Positions 36,487-43,875 of a DNA stretch of 43,875 nt are shown piece after piece. A program made the position numbers and the translations under genes. Position 1 is the first letter of the stretch. Each line of letters opens with the position of its first letter. The notes under the pieces were generated by a model that was given only the letters and a program-made list of their open reading frames with translations, was not told the DNA's origin and ran no database searches. Source of the DNA: Vicinamibacterales bacterium (GTDB taxonomy: Bacteria; Acidobacteriota; Vicinamibacteria; Vicinamibacterales; SCN-69-37); assembly GCA_046590915.1 (NCBI GenBank), contig JBKJTD010000202.1:1-43875 (forward strand). Reading direction: 5' to 3'.

Positions 36487-39400
36487 ATGAAACTACGCGC
36501 CCTGTGTGTATGTCTTGCCGCGGCACTGCTGACGGCCGGTTCCGACTCGTTCCATGCGTCCGCTGCCGATCCCGACACGGCCGACACACGCCTCATCGCG
36601 CAGCCCGCGCTGAGCGCCACGCACCTCGCCTTTGTCTACGGCGGCGATTTATGGGTGACCGACACCGGGGGCGGCACGGCGCGCCGGCTGACGGCCGACG
36701 AGGGGGAGGAACGGAACCCGGAGTTCTCGCCCGACGGGAAGCTCATAGCCTTCAGCGCGCAGTACGACGGCAACACCGACGTGTTCACCATCCCGGTCGA
36801 AGGGGGCGTGCCGACGCGGCTCACGTGGCACCCGGGCGCCGACATCGTGCAGAGCTTCACGCCCGACGGCTCGGCGGTGCTGTTCACATCGGCGCGCGCG
36901 GTGTTCACGGGACGCTACACACAGCTCTTCACCGTGCCGAACGCCGGCGGCATCGAAACGCAGTTGCCGATTCCAAACGCGTCCCAGGCGGCCTACTCAC
37001 CCGACGGCCGCAAGATGGTCTACAACCCGCTCGGGCCGTCCTTCCTGCAGTGGAAGTCCTATCGCGGCGGCACGCATTCGGTGCTCTATGTCTATGACGT
37101 GCGGACGCACGCCATCGAAAAGATTCCGCAGCCGGCGACGCGCGCCAACGACGTCGATCCCAACTGGGTCGGCGACACGATCTATTTCCGCTCCGACCGC
37201 AACGGCGAGTTCAATCTCTTTGCGTACGACACGCGCACCAAAGCGGTGCGACAGGTCACCACACACAACGACTTCCCCGTGCTTGAGGCGACTGCTGCCG
37301 GCACGCGCGTGGCCTACGAGCAGGCGGGATATCTGCACATGCTGGACACCGCGAAAGGCGGCCCGGCGACGCGCCTGACGATCGGGGCCGCAGCCGACCT
37401 CGTGGGCCTGCGCCCGCGCTGGGCGCGCGGTGCCAACTGGATTCGCAGTGCCGAGCTCTCGCCCACCGGCGCGCGCGCGGCATTCGAATATCGCGGCGAG
37501 ATCGTCACGGTGCCGATGGAAAAAGGCGACCCGCGCAACGTCACGAACACGCCGGACGCGCACGAGCGCCAGCCCTCATGGTCGCCCGACGGCACGCGTC
37601 TCGCCTATTTCTCTGATGAGTCGGGCGAATACATGCTGCACATCGCGCCGCAGGACGGCCGCGGCGACGAGAAAGCCATCCGCCGCTTCCCGCTTGGCGG
37701 CGCGGGTTTCTACGAGCTGCTCGACTGGTCGCCCGACGGCACGCGCCTCGCGTTTGCCGACAACTCGCAGACACTCTTCTGGATGGATGCCGCCAGCGGC
37801 AAGGTCACGAAGATCGAATCGGCGTACATCTATTCACCGGGCGGCGTGCCCATCCGCTACGACTGGTCGCCCGATTCCAAGTGGCTCGCCTACACGATCA
37901 AGACGAACACGCTGGAGACGACGCTCAAGCTGTACTCGCTCGAGCAGGCGAGGGGCTATCCGGTCACCGACGGCCTCGGCTATGTGTCCGACCCGGTGTT
38001 CGACAGGAGCGGCAAATATCTGTATTTCCTCGGATCCACCGACGCCGGTCCGGCCTCCGACTGGTTCGCGATGTGGAGCCAGGACATGGAGCCCAACAAC
38101 AGCCTGTATGTCGCGGTGCTCGCCAACACCACGCCCAATCCGCTCGCACGCGAAAGCGACGAGGAGAAGGTCGCGCGCGCGGCAACGCCGCCTGCGACAC
38201 CGGCGACACCGGCGACATCTCCCGCCGCGGCTGACGCTCCGCCGCCCGCAGCGCCGCCTGCCGTCACGCGCATCGATCCCGAAGGCATTGAGTTCCGCAT
38301 TATCGATCTCCCCGTGCCTGCCGGCAACATCACCAACCCGCGCACGGGCGAGGACGGCCAGCTCTACTTCCTGCGCCGCACCGACGGCGTTACCTCGCTG
38401 CAGCGGTTTTTGATGACCACGCGGAGGGCCGAGCCGTTCCTGGCGAACGCGGAGGCGTATACGGTGTCACACGATCGCAAACGCCTGCTCTATCTGAACA
38501 ACGCCGCCTGGTCGATCGTACCGACCAACCGTGCGGTGCAGGCGACAGAAGGCCGCCTCAATATCGATGCGATTGCCGTCCGCGTGGATCCGAAGGCGGA
38601 GTGGCAGCAGATCTTCAATGAGGCCTGGCGCCTCAATCGCGACTACTTCTACGCCTCCAACATGCACGGCCTGGACTGGCTCGAAGAGAAGTCCCGCTAC
38701 AGCGCCTTCCTCACGCACATCGCGTCGCGCGGCGATCTGAACCGCGTGCTGCAGTGGATGTCGAGCGAGCTGGCGGTCGGCCACCATCGCGTGGGCGGCG
38801 GCGACGCCGGTCCCGACACGCCGGAGACCGTCCCAGGCGGACTGCTCGGCGCCGATTACGAGATCGCCAATGGCCGCTATCGCTTCAGAAAGGTCTTCGG
38901 CGGCCTCAACTTCAACCCGCAGTTGCGCGCGCCGCTCAGCGAGCCGGGCGTGAACGCGAAGGCGGGCGAATACCTGCTCGCCGTCAACGGCCGCGACCTG
39001 CGTCCGCCCACGAACCTGTACTCGCTCTTCGAAAACACCTCCGGCCGCATCGTCGACCTCACCATCGGACCGAATGCCGACGGGTCTGGCTCGCGCACCG
39101 TGCAGGTCGTGCCGGTCGCCAACGAAGCGGCGCTGCGCAACCGCGACTGGGTCGAAGGCAACCTGCGCAAGGTGAACGCCGCCACGGGGGGCCGCGTCGC
39201 CTACGTCTATGTGCCGAACACGACGACGCTGGGCTATACGTACTTCAAGCGCTATTTCTATCCGCAGGCCCACAAAGACGCCGTCATCGTCGACGAGCGC
39301 TTCAACGGGGGCGGATCGGTGGCCGACTATTACATTGACATCCTGAAACGCCCCGCGTCGTCCATGTGGGCGATGCGCTACGGCGCCGATCTGAAGATGC

Positions 39401-39828
39401 CCGCCGCGTCGATTCAGGGGCCGAAGGCACTCATCATCGACGAAACGGCCGGATCGGGCGGCGATCTGTTCCCGTGGATGTGGCGACAGGCGAACCTCGG
39501 TCCCATCGTCGGCAAGCGCACGTGGGGCGGGTTGGTCGGGACGCTCGGCTTCCCCCTCCTGCTCGATGGCGGCAGCATCACGGCGCCGAACCTGGCATTC
39601 TGGACGGCCGAAGACGGCTGGCTCGTCGAAAACGAGGGCGTGCCGCCCGACGTGGAAGTCGAGCAGACGCCCGCCGACGTGATTGCCGGCCGCGATCCGC
39701 AGCTCGAGCGCGCGATCGCGATCGTGATGGATGAACTGAAGAAAAATCCGCCTGCGAAACTCACGCGCCCGGCCCTGCCCGAGCGCGGCAAGACGCTCAG
39801 GGGGACGGTGATCAAGAAGAATCAGTGA
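36487..39828 (+). CDS. Tricorn protease homologue (TolB-like propellers + PDZ + S41), copy 2
   Basis: Signal peptide MKLRALCVCLAAALLTAGS. Motifs LAFVYGGDLWV, repeated SPDG, WQQIFNEAWRLNRDYFY, VDERFNGGGSVADY and IIDETAGSGGD. Confidence 0.9.
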   Translation: MKLRALCVCLAAALLTAGSDSFHASAADPDTADTRLIAQPALSATHLAFVYGGDLWVTDTGGGTARRLTADEGEERNPEFSPDGKLIAFSAQYDGNTDVFTIPVEGGVPTRLTWHPGADIVQSFTPDGSAVLFTSARAVFTGRYTQLFTVPNAGGIETQLPIPNASQAAYSPDGRKMVYNPLGPSFLQWKSYRGGTHSVLYVYDVRTHAIEKIPQPATRANDVDPNWVGDTIYFRSDRNGEFNLFAYDTRTKAVRQVTTHNDFPVLEATAAGTRVAYEQAGYLHMLDTAKGGPATRLTIGAAADLVGLRPRWARGANWIRSAELSPTGARAAFEYRGEIVTVPMEKGDPRNVTNTPDAHERQPSWSPDGTRLAYFSDESGEYMLHIAPQDGRGDEKAIRRFPLGGAGFYELLDWSPDGTRLAFADNSQTLFWMDAASGKVTKIESAYIYSPGGVPIRYDWSPDSKWLAYTIKTNTLETTLKLYSLEQARGYPVTDGLGYVSDPVFDRSGKYLYFLGSTDAGPASDWFAMWSQDMEPNNSLYVAVLANTTPNPLARESDEEKVARAATPPATPATPATSPAAADAPPPAAPPAVTRIDPEGIEFRIIDLPVPAGNITNPRTGEDGQLYFLRRTDGVTSLQRFLMTTRRAEPFLANAEAYTVSHDRKRLLYLNNAAWSIVPTNRAVQATEGRLNIDAIAVRVDPKAEWQQIFNEAWRLNRDYFYASNMHGLDWLEEKSRYSAFLTHIASRGDLNRVLQWMSSELAVGHHRVGGGDAGPDTPETVPGGLLGADYEIANGRYRFRKVFGGLNFNPQLRAPLSEPGVNAKAGEYLLAVNGRDLRPPTNLYSLFENTSGRIVDLTIGPNADGSGSRTVQVVPVANEAALRNRDWVEGNLRKVNAATGGRVAYVYVPNTTTLGYTYFKRYFYPQAHKDAVIVDERFNGGGSVADYYIDILKRPASSMWAMRYGADLKMPAASIQGPKALIIDETAGSGGDLFPWMWRQANLGPIVGKRTWGGLVGTLGFPLLLDGGSITAPNLAFWTAEDGWLVENEGVPPDVEVEQTPADVIAGRDPQLERAIAIVMDELKKNPPAKLTRPALPERGKTLRGTVIKKNQ

Positions 39829-40017
39829 TCAGAATGCGCCAAACCGCCGCCGCGGGTTCATCAGCAGCACGACACCCGCCGCCATCGCTAGCCCTCCGAC
39901 GAGCGGCGGAATGGGTATGTGTTCGACGATTGTGTCTGTGTTGGGGACGGCGATTCGGCCTTGGACCAATGCCGTCAGGCCGGCGACGAACAACAAGACG
40001 CCAATGATTCGCAGCAT
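39829..40017 (-). CDS. Small two-TM membrane protein (DUF3185-like)
   Basis: The 62-aa product is MLRIIGVLLFVAGLTALVQG...PPLVGGLAMAAGVVLLM. GAGGT ribosome-binding site. Its stop abuts the tricorn stop with no spacer. Confidence 0.5.
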   Translation of the reverse strand: MLRIIGVLLFVAGLTALVQGRIAVPNTDTIVEHIPIPPLVGGLAMAAGVVLLMNPRRRFGAF

Positions 40018-40178
40018 ACGTGTACCTCACGCGAGTGTGGTGCACGTCCCGTTCCAGATCGGCGACGAACAATTCCCGAACCAGCCTGTCCGGAGCGCGC
40101 TCGCAGGATCAAGTCGGGAGCCGCGAATTGCAGGATGGAATACAGCCGTGCGATCCGCGCCCATGGGACAATCGGGGC

Positions 40179-40865
40179 ATGCCCGCCGCACCACTGCCGC
40201 TTAATGAGGAAGAACGCCTCCGAGTGCTTCGCGCCTATGACGTGTTGGATGCCACTGGCGAACGCACCCTCGACGACATCGTCATCATTGCGGCAGAGGT
40301 GTGCGGCACGCCAATGGCGGCCGTGACATTGATCGACCAGCATCGGCAGTGGTTCGCCGCGCGCAAGGGTATCAACGCGGCAGAAACCACACGAGACGAT
40401 GCCTTCTGCAGTTACACGATTCTCGACACCGCGCCGTTGATCGTGCCGGATGCGCGACAGGACGCGAGGTTTGCCGATAACCCCTACGTCCTCGAGAATC
40501 CGCATGTCCAGTTCTACGCGGGCGCACCACTGATCACGCCAGCAGGTCACGGACTCGGTGCTCTCTGCGTCATCGACGACCGGCCCCGGAACCTGACCGC
40601 AGGCCAGATCACGGTCCTGGAGGCGTTAGCCCGCCAGGTCGTGGCGCTATTTGAACTCCGCCGATCCTCGCGGCAACTCGCCAACGCCCTCGAGCGGGTC
40701 CAACTCCTTGCGCAGCTGGTCCCGGTGTGCGCGTGGTGCCGGAAAGTGCGCGACGACAAGGATTTCTGGGTGAACGTGGACACCTACATCAGGACCCAGA
40801 CAGGGTCGGAGGTGACCCACGGCATTTGCCCGGACTGCGCCGTGAAGGAAATCGACCCGCACTAA
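40179..40865 (+). CDS. GAF-domain protein with a C-terminal Cys/His-rich module
   Basis: N-terminal segment LNEEERLRVLRAYDVLD plus a GAF core (FCSYTI..., FYAGAPLITPAGHGLGALCVID). C-terminal segment VPVCAWCRKVRDDKDFWVNVDTYIRTQTGSEVTHGICPDCA. Confidence 0.8.
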   Translation: MPAAPLPLNEEERLRVLRAYDVLDATGERTLDDIVIIAAEVCGTPMAAVTLIDQHRQWFAARKGINAAETTRDDAFCSYTILDTAPLIVPDARQDARFADNPYVLENPHVQFYAGAPLITPAGHGLGALCVIDDRPRNLTAGQITVLEALARQVVALFELRRSSRQLANALERVQLLAQLVPVCAWCRKVRDDKDFWVNVDTYIRTQTGSEVTHGICPDCAVKEIDPH

Positions 40866-40966
40866 CGGCGGCAGAACTGTAATCAGCACGGCCGTAATGT
40901 GATCGTCGTCGCCTGGCCCAATTCTGCAACACTATATTTTCCAACACGTTACGGGGATAGGTTTCG

Positions 40967-40980
40967 GGTACCTGCCTTGC
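40967..40980 (+). promoter_or_regulatory. Weak sigma-54-like -24/-12 candidate GG-N10-GC (GGTACCTGCCTTGC) upstream of the pilin operon
   Basis: GG at 40967-40968 and GC at 40979-40980, followed by T. It lies only 13 nt before the GTG at 40994, so it would imply a nearly leaderless transcript. Confidence 0.2.
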
Positions 40981-40993
40981 TCTTTGCAGGACC

Positions 40994-41593
40994 GTGACGA
41001 CCCGACACCCACACGACCACGGTTTCTCCGCCGTCGAACTCCTCATTGTTCTCGCCGTGATCGGCTCCCTTGCCGCGATGAGCGTCCCGATGTCTGGCGG
41101 AATGATCGACGACATCAGGCTTCGCGGTGACGCGCAGGGGCTCTCCAGTGCGGTCGCCCTCACGAAGATGACGGCTGCGACGAAGTTCTCGAGAACCCGC
41201 TTGCGCGTGAACGAAGCCGCTGGTACGTGGCAGATCGAAACGTGGCAGTCCACCGGCACTCCGGGCTGGATCATGGACGGCGGCACGCATAGCCTCTCCC
41301 AGGGCGATCGGTTCGGTGCGGGCCCGGCAGCCTCAGCACCGCCCAACAGCCAGGCGGTAGTCGCGCAGCCAACCCCATGTCTGGCGGCCGACGGCACCGC
41401 GATCAACGGCACGGCGTGCGTGATCTTCAATTCCCGTGGCCTTCCCGTTTCAAACGCCGGCACCCCGATGACCACACAAGTGCTGTACCTGCGGGGTCCC
41501 ACAGGGGTCTTCGGCATTGTGCTCGGGGCCACCGGCCAGATGCAGGTCTGGAGGACAACGTTGTCTTCCGACGGCGCGTGGCGCCAGCAATGA
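40994..41593 (+). CDS. Prepilin-type N-terminal methylation-domain protein, GspH/FimT-like minor pilin
   Basis: A leader ending in G is followed by FSAVELLIVLAVIGSLAA. GTG start. ATGA overlap with the next gene. Confidence 0.75.
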   Translation: MTTRHPHDHGFSAVELLIVLAVIGSLAAMSVPMSGGMIDDIRLRGDAQGLSSAVALTKMTAATKFSRTRLRVNEAAGTWQIETWQSTGTPGWIMDGGTHSLSQGDRFGAGPAASAPPNSQAVVAQPTPCLAADGTAINGTACVIFNSRGLPVSNAGTPMTTQVLYLRGPTGVFGIVLGATGQMQVWRTTLSSDGAWRQQ

Positions 41594-42096
41594 CCTCCCA
41601 GTCCGATCAGGGTTCGTCTCTTATCGAGACCATGGTGGCCACCGCCCTGCTGCTTGTTGTTCTGGGCGGACTCGGGTCGATGGGTGTGGTCGGCATGATG
41701 ACCACGGAAAATCAGGGGCACCTGGCGGCCCGCACCACTGAATACGCGCAGGACAAGATGGAACAGCTCCTGGTGCTCGCGTGGGGCGATTCCACCAGCG
41801 ACACGCGCGTGTTTCCTGCGGCCGGGTTTGGCGGCACGGGCCTTTCGGTTGGAGGCACTGCCAATCCGGCCGCGCCGGTAGCCGGATACGCGGATTATCT
41901 CGACAAGAGCGGCACCCTGATCGCCAGTGCCGACGGGAGTGCGCCCGCCGGATGGTTCTACAAACGGGTCTGGGCGGTGTCAAGCCCGATGGCCAATCTC
42001 AAGCAGATTGAAGTCACCGTGACTGTGGAATCGAGTCTGGGGCGCACGGCGCCGCCACGGTCCACGGTCACATCGCTCAAGACCTTCCCCTTCTGA
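41590..42096 (+). CDS. PilV-like minor pilin
   Basis: The segment QGSSLIETMVATALLLVVLGG is a prepilin cleavage/methylation motif. 168 aa. Confidence 0.7.
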   Translation: MTSQSDQGSSLIETMVATALLLVVLGGLGSMGVVGMMTTENQGHLAARTTEYAQDKMEQLLVLAWGDSTSDTRVFPAAGFGGTGLSVGGTANPAAPVAGYADYLDKSGTLIASADGSAPAGWFYKRVWAVSSPMANLKQIEVTVTVESSLGRTAPPRSTVTSLKTFPF

Positions 42097-42097
42097 T

Positions 42098-43006
42098 ATG
42101 GCCGCCTTGCACGACGACGAAGCCGGATTTTCACTGCCTGAATTGCTGGTGTCGATGCTGGTGCTCAGCGTCGTGATTGGCATCGCCACGCAGCTCCTGC
42201 TCCAATCGGTCAACGGGCAACGGACCACATGGAACCGGACGCAGATGCACAGCAGCGTCCGCGGCGCAATTGAACTGCTGCAGCAGGAGGTCGGTCAGGC
42301 CGGGCTCGTCGCGCTGCCCGGACCGGTGACGCTCGCGTCTGCCGTCGCCACCGGCGTGCAGACGATTGGTGTCAGTTCGACCGCAGGGATGTTTGTCGGC
42401 GAGCAGTTGCTGATTGACACCGGCGGCTCTCAGGAAACGGTCGCCATCACCGCCATCGATACCACCAGCCATCTGATTACCGGATCGTTTGTCCTGGTGC
42501 ATGCGGCTGGCGCGCCGGTGGCCGTGGTCGGCGGATTCTCACACGGGATCGTGCCGCCGTCGCTCATGAACGGGTCGACCGGCACCGTGCTCAAACTGTT
42601 TGGGGATGTGAACAGCAACGGTCAGATGGTGTACATCGAGTACACGTGTGACACGGTCAATCAGCGCCTGTCGCGCAACATGGTCGCGTGGGATGCACCG
42701 TCGAAACCCGCGTGGACGCCGGCGATGATTCTTCTGAGCAACGTGGTGGCCAACCCCGGCGGCGCGCCGTGTTTCAGTTATCAGACCGAAGTCGTCGCCG
42801 GCAATACGTACGTCACAGCGGTGGCCATCACCCTGAGCGTCCAGACGCAGCAGATTGATCCGGTCTCACGCCAGTTTCAGGTGGAAACCAAGACGCTGCT
42901 CAACGTGTCCCCTCGGAATGTCTTTCACGCATGGCAGATGGCGTCGATGCAGGAAACCAATCGCATCCAGCCGATGCCGCTCACGATTCTGGCCCTCCTG
43001 CCATGA
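42098..43006 (+). CDS. PilW-like minor pilin
   Basis: The segment EAGFSLPELLVSMLVLSVVIG is a prepilin motif. 302 aa. ATGA overlap with the next gene. Confidence 0.7.
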   Translation: MAALHDDEAGFSLPELLVSMLVLSVVIGIATQLLLQSVNGQRTTWNRTQMHSSVRGAIELLQQEVGQAGLVALPGPVTLASAVATGVQTIGVSSTAGMFVGEQLLIDTGGSQETVAITAIDTTSHLITGSFVLVHAAGAPVAVVGGFSHGIVPPSLMNGSTGTVLKLFGDVNSNGQMVYIEYTCDTVNQRLSRNMVAWDAPSKPAWTPAMILLSNVVANPGGAPCFSYQTEVVAGNTYVTAVAITLSVQTQQIDPVSRQFQVETKTLLNVSPRNVFHAWQMASMQETNRIQPMPLTILALLP

Positions 43007-43875
43007 CAAAACGATCAGAGCCGCGTAACGACGAAGGGATCGCGCTCGTGCTGGCGCTGCTGTTCATGCTCGCGTTTTCATCGCTCGGCGCGGCGGTGTT
43101 GGTGCTCGGGCGCACGGAAACCTTCTCAAGTCTCAACTACCGGATGATGTCGCAGGCGCGGTATGGCGCCGAGTCGGGCGTCCACAAGGCGGCACATTAC
43201 CTGTTGAACACGTACGCCCTTCCCGGGTCGTTGGCCGATCCCACCACCAACTACGACACCACGGTGTCACCGGTCCGGTATCTCGGACAACCCGTGGTCT
43301 TGTCGGCCATGGCCGGTGTCTCCAGCAATTACCCTGTCACGGCCGTGCAGACGGCGTTCGCGGCGGCTGCCCAGGGGACGTTGCCTGCGGGCCAGACCAC
43401 TGTGGGGTACACGGCCACCGCCACCCTGCTTTCGATGCGCGACGTGACCCCGTACGGTTCCAGCATCGCCACCGTCGTCCAGACGTGGAGGCTCACGGCA
43501 CGCGGAAGCGTCGCGGGCGCGCGATCCGGCCAGGTCGAAGTGTCCGCGATTCTTGAACGGCAGGTCGTGGCTGCGCACACCTACGCGGCGTTTGCGACCC
43601 ATGGCGGCTGCGGCGCACTCAACTTCTCGGGTGGCGTCTCGACTGACAGTTATGACTCTGCCAACATGACGCTTGTCGGTGGTGTGCCGGTGACCGACAA
43701 CACCTACGGCCATGTGGGCACAAACGGCAACCTCACGGAAAGCGGCAACTCGACCGTCAACGGTACGCTGTCGACGCCACGCACTGGCGTGGGCAACTGC
43801 AACAACGGCGCGGTCACCGCACTGACGCTTGGTGGCAACGCGCAAGTCACGGACGGGATCGTGGCCCTGCCGCAA
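43003..43875 (+). CDS. PilX-N-domain pilus protein; 3' end is outside the window
   Basis: I translated 291 codons with no stop. The product is MTKRSEPRNDEGIALVLALLFMLAFSSLGAAVLVLGRTETFSSLNYRMMSQARYGAESG..., which is PilX_N-like. It is missing from the ORF track because it has no stop in the window. Confidence 0.65.
   Translation, partial: MTKRSEPRNDEGIALVLALLFMLAFSSLGAAVLVLGRTETFSSLNYRMMSQARYGAESGVHKAAHYLLNTYALPGSLADPTTNYDTTVSPVRYLGQPVVLSAMAGVSSNYPVTAVQTAFAAAAQGTLPAGQTTVGYTATATLLSMRDVTPYGSSIATVVQTWRLTARGSVAGARSGQVEVSAILERQVVAAHTYAAFATHGGCGALNFSGGVSTDSYDSANMTLVGGVPVTDNTYGHVGTNGNLTESGNSTVNGTLSTPRTGVGNCNNGAVTALTLGGNAQVTDGIVALPQ

Noticed and set aside
40914-40928. TGGCCCAATTCTGCA as a sigma-54 promoter for the pilin operon.
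   Set aside because: The GG to GC spacing is one nucleotide short of the canonical GG-N10-GC.

Overview
High-GC bacterial chromosomal segment. The gene content looks Acidobacteriota-like: an ADOP-type duplicated permease, orphan MacB/FtsX permeases, a CarboxypepD_reg TonB-dependent receptor, a Ser/Thr kinase with a TolB-like propeller, a BNR/Asp-box double propeller and two tricorn-like S41 proteases. I support about 38 tightly packed protein genes, many joined by ATGA/TGATG overlaps. I found no rRNA, tRNA, CRISPR array, transposase or integrase. The only clearly accessory islet is a vapBC toxin-antitoxin pair next to a decayed N-terminal fragment of a type I R-M/N6-adenine DNA methyltransferase (4.6-5.5 kb). 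The right end carries a minor-pilin operon (FimT/GspH-, PilV-, PilW- and PilX-like) that runs off the window. I did not recognise a complete new multi-gene system. The best novelty candidates are non-coding or domain-level: (1) a 218-nt imperfect palindrome at 14973-15190 that folds into a 31-bp hairpin inside a compact four-way junction and is flanked by iteron-like 9/10-mers; (2) arrays of CAATG-containing octamers that bracket the first tricorn-like protease gene on both sides; (3) a GAF protein ending in a Cys/His-rich CxxC...HGxCPxC module; (4) MacB-type permeases with a divergently oriented adaptor and no ATPase; (5) a zinc-ribbon gene translationally coupled to a kinase next to a TonB-type receptor. 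All family assignments come from motif recognition by eye, with no database search.
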